Of a stretch of DNA of 64,000 nt, positions 29,599 through 39,776 are shown one piece after another (the stretch's first letter is position 1; each line of letters begins with the position of its first letter). Under the pieces are notes generated by a model, which had not been told where the DNA came from, did no database searches, and worked only from the letters and a program-made list of their open reading frames with translations. The stretch covers positions 118,942 to 182,941 of the forward strand of contig JAFUWY010000027.1 in NCBI GenBank assembly GCA_017477245.1, written 5' to 3'. The translations under genes and the position numbers were made by a program. This DNA comes from Bacteroidales bacterium. Lineage in GTDB: Bacteria; Bacteroidota; Bacteroidia; Bacteroidales; UBA932.

Positions 29599-30012
29599 AT
29601 GAAGCGTTTATTCCCTTTCCTTCTGGCGTTGTGCCTGCTGGCCGTTCCGGTCGGGGCGCGGGCGCAGCGGGTGGCCGATGCGTCATACCGCACGATCGCC
29701 TATATCAAGTCCGACGGGACGCTCCAGGACGACTCGTACAAGACCCTGGGACATATCAAGTCCGACGGGACGTTCCAGGATGCCGCCTACCGGACGATCG
29801 GCCATCTCAAGTCTGACGGGACGGTGCAGGATGCCGCGTACCGGACCGTGGGGCACATCAAGCTGGACGGGACGGTGCAGGACGACGCCTACCGGACCAT
29901 CGGCCATGTCCGCCGGGACGGCACCGTCCAGGACGCTTCGTACCGGACCATCGGCCACGCCGACGGCGTCCCGCTCCGCTGGACGGCCCTCTATTTCTTC
30001 TTCCTCCGATAG
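29599..30012 (+). CDS. Secreted protein built of 17-aa tandem repeats (5-fold beta-flower-like)
   Basis: Signal peptide MKRLFPFLLALCLLAVPVGARA; five full and one partial DxxYRTIGHIKSDGTVQ repeats (51-nt period from 29677). Confidence 0.85.
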   Translation: MKRLFPFLLALCLLAVPVGARAQRVADASYRTIAYIKSDGTLQDDSYKTLGHIKSDGTFQDAAYRTIGHLKSDGTVQDAAYRTVGHIKLDGTVQDDAYRTIGHVRRDGTVQDASYRTIGHADGVPLRWTALYFFFLR

Positions 30013-30062
30013 AAGGCGGCTCCGGGCCGCAGCCGGCCATGCTCCGTACCGGCAAAAAGTGT

Positions 30063-30070
30063 TATCTTTG
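30063..30070 (+). promoter_or_regulatory. Bacteroidetes -7 promoter element TATCTTTG
   Basis: Exact TAnnTTTG match 10-19 nt before the ATG codons at 30080 and 30089. Confidence 0.7.
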
Positions 30071-30088
30071 CACTTCGTTATGATTACC

Positions 30089-30664
30089 ATGAAACCCATC
30101 GCTTCCTGGCTGCTCGCCGCAGCCATGACCGCCGGCCTGCTGGCCGGCTGCGGGCCGCGCAAGGCGCAGCAGCAGGAGCCTGCCGCCGAGACGCCTGCGG
30201 AGACCTGCTTCACCGCCATCGACAAGTATCTTGTCGACTCGATCGGCCACTACTATTCACCGGCGGACTATTGCATCCCCTTCCACGACTACGTCACCGT
30301 CGACGAGAGCAACGCCGACGACATCCAGGTATCGGGCAGCTTCTGGGTCCTCAACTATACGCAGGCCGGCGACACGCTCAAGACCATGTCCGGCGGCAGC
30401 CACCCCGGCAAGATGCACGTCCGCCGGACGGCGGACGGCCATTTCGAGGTGACCGCCTTCGAGCCGGTCGGCGACGGGTCCAACTACCTGCCGACCGCCC
30501 GCCGGATCTTCGGCGACCGCTTCGAGGAGTTCCAGCAGGCCGTTTCCGACGAGAAGCACCGCGAGGCCGTCCGCAAGGAGGTCCTCGCCGCCTTCGTGGA
30601 GCGCGAAGGGCTGGCCGTCAAGTATTACCAGGACTACGGCTGGCCCGTCGTCCCGATCCAGTAA
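30089..30664 (+). CDS. Hypothetical lipoprotein
   Basis: MKPIASWLLAAAMTAGLLAGC lipobox; promoter directly upstream; strong codon bias (3' part of the track ORF 29678-30664). Confidence 0.8.
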   Translation: MKPIASWLLAAAMTAGLLAGCGPRKAQQQEPAAETPAETCFTAIDKYLVDSIGHYYSPADYCIPFHDYVTVDESNADDIQVSGSFWVLNYTQAGDTLKTMSGGSHPGKMHVRRTADGHFEVTAFEPVGDGSNYLPTARRIFGDRFEEFQQAVSDEKHREAVRKEVLAAFVEREGLAVKYYQDYGWPVVPIQ

Positions 30665-30678
30665 CCCGGAAAAACCCC

Positions 30679-30981
30679 ATGGACATGAACGACATGATGA
30701 ATGTGACCCTGCTGGCCGACAGTACCCGCGACGGGATCCGCAAGGCTTCTTTCGCCACCTGCGGCATCGTCTGCTCGGAACAGATCGACATCGAACTGGA
30801 AGGCGACGTGATCCGCCGCGTCCAATACACCAAAGGCTGCCACGGCAACACCCAGGGCGTCTCGGCCCTCTGCGTCGGAATGCGCAAGGATGACGTCATC
30901 GCCCGGCTGGAAGGCATCAACTGCAAGGGCCGGGGTACGAGTTGCCCGGACCAGCTGGCCCGGGCACTGAAGATGCTCTGA
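30679..30981 (+). CDS. TSCPD-domain protein (TIGR03905-like)
   Basis: GIVCSEQIDIE, GCHGNTQG and CKGRGTSCPDQLARAL motifs. Confidence 0.88.
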   Translation: MDMNDMMNVTLLADSTRDGIRKASFATCGIVCSEQIDIELEGDVIRRVQYTKGCHGNTQGVSALCVGMRKDDVIARLEGINCKGRGTSCPDQLARALKML

Positions 30982-30999
30982 TCCCGCCTTCGGCCTTCG

Positions 31000-31683
31000 T
31001 CAGACCAGGCGGATGAAACTGATGGTCCGCCCGGTGCTGAGTCCCTCGCGGCGGGCGGAGAAGAAAGATTCGTCGGTGTAGCTGTCGATGCCGCATTCCT
31101 GGATGTTGGCTGCCGGCACGCCGGCTTCCTCAAGCAGCCAGCGGTTGGCCTTGAAGAGGTCGAGATGGTGGCCGTCCGCCATCGGGACGCCGCTGCGGCC
31201 GGGCTTGAAATACCAGATGTCCTCCAGCGGGAATCCCTGCTCCTTGAAGAACTGGACCACTTCCTCCCCTACCTGGAAACTGGCCGGGCCGATCGCCGGG
31301 CCTATGGCCGCCCGGATCTCCTCCGGCCGGCTGCCGTAGCGCTGCTTCATCTCGAAGAGGACCTTCTGGGAGATGCGCTGGACCGTCCCCTTCCAGCCGG
31401 AGTGGATGGCCGCGACTACCCGCCGCTGCCGGTTGTAGAGCAGGATTGGGACGCAGTCCGCCGTATGCACGCCCACGGCGATGCCGGGCATCCCCGTCAC
31501 CAGGGCGTCGTACCCCTGGAGCTCTTCCTTCCGGACACCGGGCCGCTCGATCACGGCCACGCGGAACCCGTGGATCTGGTGAGCCTCGGTAACGGGGTAA
31601 GGAAGGACGGAATCCCGGCGGGTCGAAAATGCCTCGACGCCGGGGCCCAAATCATATGTCAGAAGTGTAGCTGATGTGGTCAT
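31000..31683 (-). CDS. pgeF: YfiH/PgeF laccase-domain protein
   Basis: QIHG, GVHTADCVPILL, AAIHSGWKGT, AIGPAIG and FFSARRE motifs. Confidence 0.9.
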   Translation of the reverse strand: MTTSATLLTYDLGPGVEAFSTRRDSVLPYPVTEAHQIHGFRVAVIERPGVRKEELQGYDALVTGMPGIAVGVHTADCVPILLYNRQRRVVAAIHSGWKGTVQRISQKVLFEMKQRYGSRPEEIRAAIGPAIGPASFQVGEEVVQFFKEQGFPLEDIWYFKPGRSGVPMADGHHLDLFKANRWLLEEAGVPAANIQECGIDSYTDESFFSARREGLSTGRTISFIRLV

Positions 31684-31691
31684 TGCACCAG

Positions 31692-31699
31692 CAAATATA
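31692..31699 (-). promoter_or_regulatory. Bacteroidetes -7 promoter element TATATTTG
   Basis: Exact TAnnTTTG match 9 nt upstream of the ATG at 31683. Confidence 0.65.
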
Positions 31700-31713
31700 C
31701 ATTTATTTTGAAG

Positions 31714-31750
31714 AAAAAAACCTGCCTCCCGACCGGGATCGGAAGGCAGG
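31714..31750 (-). terminator. Intrinsic terminator downstream of the PUL/HTCS transcript
   Basis: 12-bp CCTGCC-based stem whose single irregularity is a G-U pair on the minus strand, followed by a 7-U run on that strand. Confidence 0.75.
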
Positions 31751-31902
31751 AATCCTTTTCCCGTTCAAACTCAAAAACTTATGCCGGGAATAACATTTTT
31801 GTTTTCTTCAAATTCGCCGGATTTGCTCCGAAAAGCCACCTTAACCACTTTGTTTTACTTACTGATTTCCAGCGATATCACAAAAACGCCTCCAAAAGGT
31901 CA

Positions 31903-34900
31903 TTAACGCTGGGGGTTCTTGTTTTTCAGCACTTCGGAAGGGTTGACGCCGAACTCTTTCCGGAAGTAATTCCGGAAGTTTCCGGCGTCCTGATATCCCG
32001 TCATCATGCTTACCTCGTTCACATTGTATTTCCCGGTCAGCAGGAGTTCCATCGCCTTGTGCAGCTTCCGGTTCCGGATGAACTCCTTGGCCGTGATTCC
32101 GGTCAGCCCCTTGACCTTGCGATAAAACGAAGAATAGCTCATATGGAAGCTCGCCGTAAGGAAACCCATGTCCAAATCCTCTTTGTCCAGGTTCTCTTCA
32201 ATCAGGCGGTCGAAGCGTTCGATAAATTCCCGGTCAGGTCCGCTCAGTCCGTCCGGAACGGCACCGTCCCCTTCCGGCCGGCCATCGCCCTTTCCGACCA
32301 GCATACGCGCCAGACGCCGGCGGGAGTCGAAGAGGTTTGCGACCCTGCTGCGAAGAAGACGCGAAGTAAAGGGTTTGGTCAGATAGGAGTCCGCGCCGCT
32401 TTCGTAGCCGATCTCCTTGTCCTGCAAGGAGTCCTTCGCGGTCAGCAGGATCACCGGGACATGGCTGGTCCGCAGGTCCGACTTGATCCTTTTACAGAGT
32501 TCGATACCGTCCATCTCCGGCATCATGATGTCGCTGATGACCATGTCAGGAATCCGCCGCACGGCTATCTCGAAGCCCTCGCGGCCATTCTCCGCCGTCA
32601 GCACGGCATACCGGGGGGCAAGCGATTCCGAAACATAATGGAGGATATCCACGTCATCCTCAACGACCAGTATGAGCGGGCGGGAGCGGACCGCATCTTC
32701 CGTCTCATCCGGACCGGCGGCTGCCACCTTCTCTACGACTGGATCCGCTTTCCCGTCCGGGCTGCCGTGCTCGGCCTCCGGGTAAACGGCATCCCGCAGG
32801 ATTGAAAAAGAGAAGGTACTCCCCCGTCCCTCGCGGCTGCTCACGCGGAGAATACCCTGATGGACATCATTGAGCGCCTTGACGAGCGCCAGGCCAATCC
32901 CGGTCCCGGAAGCCTGGTGCGTCCCTTTCACCTGGTAATAGCGGTCGAAAATCTGGGGGATGTCGGTCTCCGGAATCCCATAGCCGGTATCCTGCACTGA
33001 CATCGTGCAGTACCGTTCCCCTTCGATCTCTTCTTCACGGAGGGACAGGGTCACATTTCCGCGAAGGGTATATTTCACGGCATTGGACATCAGGTTCTCC
33101 AGGATTGTCGAGACAATATCCGGATCGAAATAGACATCCGGACAACGGTCCCGGACATCCAGCCGGATCTCCGTAGCGGTGTTGCGGTTCATTTCCCGGT
33201 AACGCTTCCCGATACTTTCCACTAATTCGCCTAGGTTCCCTTTCCGGACCACCAGCCGCTTGGTCTGCGTCTGCGTTTTCCGGAACTCCAGGATCTGGTT
33301 GATCAGACTGTGAAGACGCAGTCCGCTCCGATGGATACCGGCAATCCGGTCGGCATAGGGTTCCGGGAGCCCTTTGTCGTGGACCAAATCCTCCAGCGGC
33401 CCCAGGATCAGGGTCAGCGGAGTACGCAGTTCATGGGTGATGTTGGTGAAGAAACGCAGCCGCTCCTCATTCAGGTCCTGCTCCTTCCGGCGATTCTCTT
33501 TTTCAACCCGGTACGACAGGGCCAGGCGGAGATAACGGAGGATGAAATACAGGATGGCAGCCAGCAGCAGACCGTACACGATCCTGGCGGGCCAGGATCC
33601 CCAGACGGACGGGCGCACACGGATCGTCAGGGACAGTATCCCCGCATCCTCCCAGTTTTTGTCCTGCAGGCGGGCACGCAGTTGGAAACGGTGGGTCCCG
33701 GGCTTGAGTCCCCAGAGGACCAGCTGACCGCGGTCGCCATTGCTCAGCCATTCGTCGATGACACCAGGCAACCTGTATGCATACTCGGCCCGTTCGGTCT
33801 GAGACTGGTCTTCCAGGCAAAACGCCAGCCTGATGGTATTTTCATCATGCCTGAGGACGATTTGTCCGCCGTCTGCAATCTGGACCGGCAACCATTCCAC
33901 CCCCTCCCGTATGCTTTTCCGGCAGGAGACCAGGTGGATTGGCGAAACGGATTGGACGGCACCGGATTCGGCCGGATTGAAATAACAGACCCCCTCGGGA
34001 GAGCCGAAGTACAACAGGTTATCTGCACTCCTGGCTGCGGAGCTCTCCACGAAACTGCCAGTCGGAATGCCGCTGAAATGATTGAAGTTCTCGAACAGGC
34101 GTTCCCGGCGCCTCAGCGAGGAGATGCCGCCATAGGTACTGATCCAGATTCCTCCCATGGCGTCTTCCATCACCGCCCGGACATTGGCATCGCCCAGGCC
34201 GTTGCGACCGTCGAACAACTCCATCCGACCCGGATCCGCCGGATCCGGAAAATGGACCAGACCGGCGTAGGTGGCCACCCAGAAACCGCCTTCGGCGTCC
34301 TTGAAAATCTGGTTGATATTGTCTGAACAGAATCCGTTCGCAACATTGAACTCGGCCTCGACCCGGCCTTTCCTGTCGAAGATGAACAGTCCGTCGCCCA
34401 GCGTTCCGACCCACAGGCGTCCCAGCGCATCCCGTTCAAGTCCATAGATACACAGGAGCCGGTCCATCTTCCGGTAACCGTCTTCGAGATACAGGGCGTC
34501 GCCCTCTGCACGATACAACCCTGCCTCCGTTCCAATCCACATCTGCCCGTCCGGGTCTTCGTGCATCGCATGCACGTCGAACAGCTGCGTTTCGGACGAA
34601 ATCCGCCGGAAAACCCCGCTGCCGGGATCGAAGCGCAAAACGCCTTCGTCGTTCAGGCCGATCCAAATCCGGCCATCCCGGTCGGGATGCAGGATATACG
34701 GCACGGTGTAGGTCTGTAAAAGGTAGGGCGAAAGATCCCATGAGCGGACGAACGCATTGTCCCGGAACATGGCCAGTTCATTCTGTCCGCCCAGCCAGAG
34801 GTTTCCCTGCTTATCTGTACAGACTGCATAGATGCGGTTCAGCTGCCTCGAATCCCGGGTGACATGATAGTAAGGCAGGACACGGAACGGACTGACATTG

Positions 34901-35940
34901 TCCATAATCATATCTACACCCGAAGCGTAATTCGCCACCCAGACATTCCCGTAGCGGTCCTCTTCCACGCAGCGGATATTGATCGAGCTCAGGCCGTCCT
35001 CGTCCGTGATTCGACGAAAAACGGGGCTGTGGAGGTCTTTCTGGAGGTCCAGGACTGATATACCTCCCAGGTCTGAGGAGACCCACAGACAATGGTCCGA
35101 CATCTCGGTCAGGCGGAAGATATTGTTCCCGACGAGGGAGTTCGGGTCCTTCGCGTCATGGCGGAAGGTATGGAACTTCCCGGATATCCTGTCGAAAAGT
35201 CCCAGCCCCCGGTTCGTGCCGGCCCAGACGTTCCCGTACGAGTCGATCAGGATGCTGCGGACGACATCCGACGGCAGGCTTCCGGGATCACCGGGGATAT
35301 GAGCATAGTTCACCACCTGCCGGGTTTCCAGGTCCATGACGGCGAATCCCCGGCGGTTATATCCGATATAGAGCCGTCCGTAACGGTCTTCCGCGCAGCA
35401 TCGCACGTCCTTATCCAGCCCAGGGCAGTCTGCCGGAGTGTAATTCCGGACAGCCAGCGTGGCCGGATCGACATGCTGGATTCCGTGTCCGTCAGTAACG
35501 ATCCATATTCCCCCGTCCTGGGCAGGAAAAGCTGCGTTCAGATTGTTGCTCAGGAGCCCGTTTTCCTCCGTAAAGAACGAGAATGTGAAAGTATCGCAAT
35601 CCAGGATGCTGATTCCTTCATTGAGACTGAGGCACCAGAGCGAATTCGTAGACCGGTCGAAATACAAGCGGATGACCTTGTCATCCAGGATTTCAGAATT
35701 GCCGGTATTCCAGTTATCGAAATTATCTCCGGCAATCCGGCTCAACCCATTCTCCGACGCCACCCATACCATCCCCTGGTTGTCGATGGCCAGGTCCAGG
35801 GAGAAGCTGTTTGCAAGTCCTTCCCTGATTCCGAAATGCCGTACAACCGGCTCTGCCCGCAATTGCAGGCAGAGCGAGAGGGCGGCACCTAACAAGCAGA
35901 GCCCCCTCCGGATCAGCGGGTTTCTACCGTAATGAAGCAT
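31903..35940 (-). CDS. Hybrid two-component sensor kinase / AraC response regulator
   Basis: Beta-propeller repeats, Y_Y_Y domain, FFTNITHELRTPLTLI, NLMSNAVKYT, GTGIGLAL, receiver (SDIMMPEMDG) and AraC HTH. Confidence 0.96.
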   Translation of the reverse strand: MLHYGRNPLIRRGLCLLGAALSLCLQLRAEPVVRHFGIREGLANSFSLDLAIDNQGMVWVASENGLSRIAGDNFDNWNTGNSEILDDKVIRLYFDRSTNSLWCLSLNEGISILDCDTFTFSFFTEENGLLSNNLNAAFPAQDGGIWIVTDGHGIQHVDPATLAVRNYTPADCPGLDKDVRCCAEDRYGRLYIGYNRRGFAVMDLETRQVVNYAHIPGDPGSLPSDVVRSILIDSYGNVWAGTNRGLGLFDRISGKFHTFRHDAKDPNSLVGNNIFRLTEMSDHCLWVSSDLGGISVLDLQKDLHSPVFRRITDEDGLSSINIRCVEEDRYGNVWVANYASGVDMIMDNVSPFRVLPYYHVTRDSRQLNRIYAVCTDKQGNLWLGGQNELAMFRDNAFVRSWDLSPYLLQTYTVPYILHPDRDGRIWIGLNDEGVLRFDPGSGVFRRISSETQLFDVHAMHEDPDGQMWIGTEAGLYRAEGDALYLEDGYRKMDRLLCIYGLERDALGRLWVGTLGDGLFIFDRKGRVEAEFNVANGFCSDNINQIFKDAEGGFWVATYAGLVHFPDPADPGRMELFDGRNGLGDANVRAVMEDAMGGIWISTYGGISSLRRRERLFENFNHFSGIPTGSFVESSAARSADNLLYFGSPEGVCYFNPAESGAVQSVSPIHLVSCRKSIREGVEWLPVQIADGGQIVLRHDENTIRLAFCLEDQSQTERAEYAYRLPGVIDEWLSNGDRGQLVLWGLKPGTHRFQLRARLQDKNWEDAGILSLTIRVRPSVWGSWPARIVYGLLLAAILYFILRYLRLALSYRVEKENRRKEQDLNEERLRFFTNITHELRTPLTLILGPLEDLVHDKGLPEPYADRIAGIHRSGLRLHSLINQILEFRKTQTQTKRLVVRKGNLGELVESIGKRYREMNRNTATEIRLDVRDRCPDVYFDPDIVSTILENLMSNAVKYTLRGNVTLSLREEEIEGERYCTMSVQDTGYGIPETDIPQIFDRYYQVKGTHQASGTGIGLALVKALNDVHQGILRVSSREGRGSTFSFSILRDAVYPEAEHGSPDGKADPVVEKVAAAGPDETEDAVRSRPLILVVEDDVDILHYVSESLAPRYAVLTAENGREGFEIAVRRIPDMVISDIMMPEMDGIELCKRIKSDLRTSHVPVILLTAKDSLQDKEIGYESGADSYLTKPFTSRLLRSRVANLFDSRRRLARMLVGKGDGRPEGDGAVPDGLSGPDREFIERFDRLIEENLDKEDLDMGFLTASFHMSYSSFYRKVKGLTGITAKEFIRNRKLHKAMELLLTGKYNVNEVSMMTGYQDAGNFRNYFRKEFGVNPSEVLKNKNPQR

Positions 35941-37442
35941 AGGGAATGGGGAGGGATATCAACGCGCCCGTCACGGACCCGGAACATATATTTCTCGGGC
36001 ACCACGCGGTTTTCGGCCCCGACATCATTATAATCATCAGCAGAATACCCGCTCAATACAGCGCCTTCCAGTGTCCGGACTTTCCGGGCGGACATCGACA
36101 GGTCCAACTCCAGGGGGACCGTCCGCGAAGAATCCTTGTTGACAATGGCATAGACGAAACGGTCCTTTCCGGCATTGGCCGTCAGGATGACGTCCAGGAC
36201 ACCGGTTGACTGGTCCTCAAAGACCAGCGACTCAAAGGCCGTACTGACCGGGGCCACATGGTCTTCCAGCAGATTCGCATACATGTGCAGCACGTAATAG
36301 GTTGTCCGCTTCAGCACACCGCCTTCATGGACAAAAAGAGCGCCCCGCGTGTTTACGATAGGAGAAAAGCAGGCGATCTCGACGATATCGGAATGCCGCA
36401 GGCAGGCGTTCAGGAAACAGGCGGAGAAAAGGGCGTCCGCCATCGTATAAGTCGAATTGATGTCATTCTTGCGCCGGTCCTCCAGCACAAACCCGCGACG
36501 CAGATCCCCATGCCAGGGATGGTGCCAGTTGCGCAGGTTCCATTCGTCATACGCGATCTTGATCCGGCCGCCGCCGAAGCCGGCTTCCTCCAGGATTTCG
36601 ATGGTCCTGCGGATATCCTGCTCCGGCGCATCGGTCTTGCTCATGCATTTCTCGAAAGACGCTGGATTGTTGTAGTGGAACAACGGATCCCAATAACCGT
36701 GGATCGAAACATATTCCAGATGCTGGCCCGCAGCCTTGAGCAGAGGCATCGTCCAGTCCTTGTTGGATTGCGCAGCCGCGAACAGACGGATGTCTTTGGT
36801 CACACTGCGCATCAGTTTGGCCGACTCACGGACCAGCGGTCCCCATTCGGAAATCGTCCGGGCGCCCAGTTCATGCGCACCCCAATTCTCATTGCCGATG
36901 CTCCAGTATTTGACGTTATAGGGTTCCGGATGGCCGTTCTCCGCACGCATCCGGCCGAATTTGCCGACCGTCAGGTTGCAGTACTCCACCCAGTCGCTCA
37001 TCTCTTCCGGCGTGCCGGTCCCCGCGTTGGTGCAGATATAGGGCTCACAGCCCACTTTCCGGCACCATTTGATATATTCATCGGTCCCGAACGCGTTGGA
37101 ATCTTCTACCTGCCAGGTCTTGTCATACACCGGGACGCGGTCCTTTCCGACCCCATCCATCCAGTGGTACGTGGACACGAAACAGCCACCGGGCCAGCGC
37201 ACGATCGGCGTCTTCAGTTCCCGGATCGCATCAATCACATCGGTCCGGAAACCATCCTCATCGGAGAACCGGGAGCCCGGATCATAGATGCCGCCATAGA
37301 CCTGTGTATCAAAGTGTTCAATAAAACCGCCGAAAATCATCCGGTTATAACGGATCGAATCCTCCGGGAGCATCCGTACGACATTCTGTGCCGGCAGGAT
37401 CAACGGGAAAAGAACGGCCCAAATGGAGAAAAACTTTTTCAT
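35913..37442 (-). CDS. GH51 alpha-L-arabinofuranosidase-like
   Basis: GGFIEH, FRTDVIDA, RWPGGCF, FGTDEY, WSIGNENWG and IAYDEWN motifs; signal peptide MKKFFSIWAVL. Confidence 0.92.
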   Translation of the reverse strand: MKKFFSIWAVLFPLILPAQNVVRMLPEDSIRYNRMIFGGFIEHFDTQVYGGIYDPGSRFSDEDGFRTDVIDAIRELKTPIVRWPGGCFVSTYHWMDGVGKDRVPVYDKTWQVEDSNAFGTDEYIKWCRKVGCEPYICTNAGTGTPEEMSDWVEYCNLTVGKFGRMRAENGHPEPYNVKYWSIGNENWGAHELGARTISEWGPLVRESAKLMRSVTKDIRLFAAAQSNKDWTMPLLKAAGQHLEYVSIHGYWDPLFHYNNPASFEKCMSKTDAPEQDIRRTIEILEEAGFGGGRIKIAYDEWNLRNWHHPWHGDLRRGFVLEDRRKNDINSTYTMADALFSACFLNACLRHSDIVEIACFSPIVNTRGALFVHEGGVLKRTTYYVLHMYANLLEDHVAPVSTAFESLVFEDQSTGVLDVILTANAGKDRFVYAIVNKDSSRTVPLELDLSMSARKVRTLEGAVLSGYSADDYNDVGAENRVVPEKYMFRVRDGRVDIPPHSLCFITVETR

Positions 37443-37456
37443 AAGATTGATCTGAA

Positions 37457-39775
37457 TCACTTCAAGAGATAAACCTGGTCCAACACCTCCCCTTCGTCGA
37501 GGGCGGTGATCACGAGGGTATGTTTTCCGGTGCCCTTGAGCGGGACCGTCAGGTTGCGGACCGCCTGGTTGTTCAGCACATTTTCCTTCCACTCCTCACT
37601 GCGGTCGTAGGTCTCATACGAGAGCTCCTCCGGCTCGCCGCCGTCCACCGAGAGGGTGAAGCGGAGCTGCGGGCTGCTGACCGGGTGGGTCGGGACCATC
37701 CGGACGGAGACGACGGCTTCGGTCGCCTCGCAGCGGAAGTCGAAGGACACGCTCTCTCCAGGCGACAGAAGCGCCGCGCCGCCTTCATAGCCCAGGCCTT
37801 CACAAGGCGTGAGACTTCCCTTGCCATCGACGGCATTCCATTTGGCCAGCACGGCGGGAGCCGCCGGCAGCGGCGCCTCCACCTGCACGTGGGGATATAT
37901 CTGGAAAACCGGCAGTCTGCGGGGCGCCATATTCATCATTCCCTTCCACTTCCCCTGATTGTAGCGTTCCGTCAGGGACGCAATCGCGTCACAGGCAGCA
38001 TCCGCGGCGGCCCAGTCCGCCAGGCCGTGCCGGGCCAGCTGGGCGGTAAGCGCCTTCTCATTCATCTTCGCCGCAGCCTGCACAGGATACTGGACGAGGT
38101 GGTAGTATGCGGTCCGGCGGTCCTCGGGCACCTGTCCGGCGCAGGCTCCGACCAGATCGTACAACTTGGCGAACTGCTCCATACGGGTCCGGATCGTCGA
38201 TTCATCCCAAGGGAGATCCTTCACGACGCGGTAGGCGGGATCGCGCTCTTCCTCGCGCGTATTGCCCATGAGTTCCGGCTTGCGGATATACGAGAGGCGA
38301 TAATACTCCAGCAGCGCCGGCAGGACTTCGGACGCGACCTTCTGGCCGAATTCCCGCGCCAGGAAGGCCTTCAGGTGGGCCTGCCAACCCGTCGCACGCA
38401 CGGCGTCGATGTCCCAGGCCATGTCCATGAAGAGTTCGATCTGGTACTCCTCGGGCTTGATGTCACCGACATTGAGGATCCAGGTCTGGCGGATGCCCTT
38501 GTCGTAAGCCAACGACATCTGCTGGAGGATCAGGGCCGGCGAATAGGCTCCCAGCCACAGGTAGTCGTGCGGGCGGCCCCAGTAAGAGACGTGGTAATAG
38601 ACGCCGTTACCCCCCGGGCGGCTGCGCTCGGCCTCGGTCGGGAAATGACGGATATAGCCGTAGTTGTCGTCGCACCACATCAGGGTGACGTCTTCGGGGA
38701 CCTCGAGGCCTTCATTGTAGGCCAGGAGCACTTCCTTATAGGGAATGAAAACCTGCGGGATCCGCGTCAGATCGGAATCGACCAGTTCGGAGAGCATCTG
38801 CCGCTGCACGGAGATCACCTCTGACAATGCTTCCTTCTGTTCCTCCGGCGTATCGGCACCGCTCATCGGCCCGTCGTGGATGCCGCGCATCCCGAGCGTG
38901 TACATAATCTCCTGGTCCTTGACCGCGGAAACACGCTCCCGCCAGAAGTCCAGCACCTTGTCGCGGTTGGTGATGAAGTTGTACTCCCCTTCCCCGCGCA
39001 CACACCACTCGCCGTTGGCGTTGCTCGCCATCGGTTCGCAGTGGGAGGTGCCGATGTAAATCCCGTAGCGCTCCGCGACTTCACGGTTGTCCTCCGTCAG
39101 GAAGTACGGCACCGAGCAGCCGTGCATCGCAGGCCAGAACGAATTGGCGCGCAGGCGGAGGAGCAGTTCGAAGATCTTCTCGTGCGTCCGGGGTCCGATC
39201 CGCCCGGGCACGTCCGTGGGCTCGAAGTTCCCGGTAACCCAGGGGACAAACGCAAAATCCTCGTCATTGATAAAGATACCACGGTATGCCACAGACGGTT
39301 CCCGCGTCAGCTTGAAGCCTTTCTTTAGATGGAATCCTTTCCGTGGAGCCGGCGAACAGTCCGCCCACCATTCCCAGGGCGAGACGCCCAGCATCCGGGA
39401 GAGTTCCAGCAGGCCGTAGGCCGCACCGTGGCCGTCGCTGCCGGCAATCAGCAGCTGCCCGGAAGGGAGCACCTTCATCAGGAAAGCTTCGTGCCGGCCG
39501 GCAAGGGCGGCGACATCCGGATCCGATGCATAGGCAGGATCGTCCGAGCGGACCAGCAGGATCTTCCCGTCCCGGTCCACCTCGCGGCAGGTCGCCGAAA
39601 GCACCGTCTGCACGTCCTTTCCGAAGATCCCCAGGGCGGACTCCGCCACCGGTTCGTCCACGGAGAGTGTGACCGTCAGGTCCTCTCCCGGCTGCAGGTT
39701 GAAGGTTCCGCCAGGCCTGCAGGCCGTCAAGGCCAGCAGAATCCCGAGACACAAGCTGATTCTTTTCATCTCCAT
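37457..39775 (-). CDS. GH115 alpha-glucuronidase-like
   Basis: GVSPWEWWAD, YRGIFINDED, LRLRANSFWPAMH, GTSHCEPM, LGMRGIHD, WCDDNYGY, YYHVSYWG and NVGDIKP motifs. Confidence 0.93.
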   Translation of the reverse strand: MEMKRISLCLGILLALTACRPGGTFNLQPGEDLTVTLSVDEPVAESALGIFGKDVQTVLSATCREVDRDGKILLVRSDDPAYASDPDVAALAGRHEAFLMKVLPSGQLLIAGSDGHGAAYGLLELSRMLGVSPWEWWADCSPAPRKGFHLKKGFKLTREPSVAYRGIFINDEDFAFVPWVTGNFEPTDVPGRIGPRTHEKIFELLLRLRANSFWPAMHGCSVPYFLTEDNREVAERYGIYIGTSHCEPMASNANGEWCVRGEGEYNFITNRDKVLDFWRERVSAVKDQEIMYTLGMRGIHDGPMSGADTPEEQKEALSEVISVQRQMLSELVDSDLTRIPQVFIPYKEVLLAYNEGLEVPEDVTLMWCDDNYGYIRHFPTEAERSRPGGNGVYYHVSYWGRPHDYLWLGAYSPALILQQMSLAYDKGIRQTWILNVGDIKPEEYQIELFMDMAWDIDAVRATGWQAHLKAFLAREFGQKVASEVLPALLEYYRLSYIRKPELMGNTREEERDPAYRVVKDLPWDESTIRTRMEQFAKLYDLVGACAGQVPEDRRTAYYHLVQYPVQAAAKMNEKALTAQLARHGLADWAAADAACDAIASLTERYNQGKWKGMMNMAPRRLPVFQIYPHVQVEAPLPAAPAVLAKWNAVDGKGSLTPCEGLGYEGGAALLSPGESVSFDFRCEATEAVVSVRMVPTHPVSSPQLRFTLSVDGGEPEELSYETYDRSEEWKENVLNNQAVRNLTVPLKGTGKHTLVITALDEGEVLDQVYLLK

Positions 39776-39776
39776 A

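Noticed and set aside
29677-29967. CRISPR array
   Set aside because: The 51-nt periodicity is an in-frame protein repeat with synonymous variation; there are no unique spacers or cas genes.
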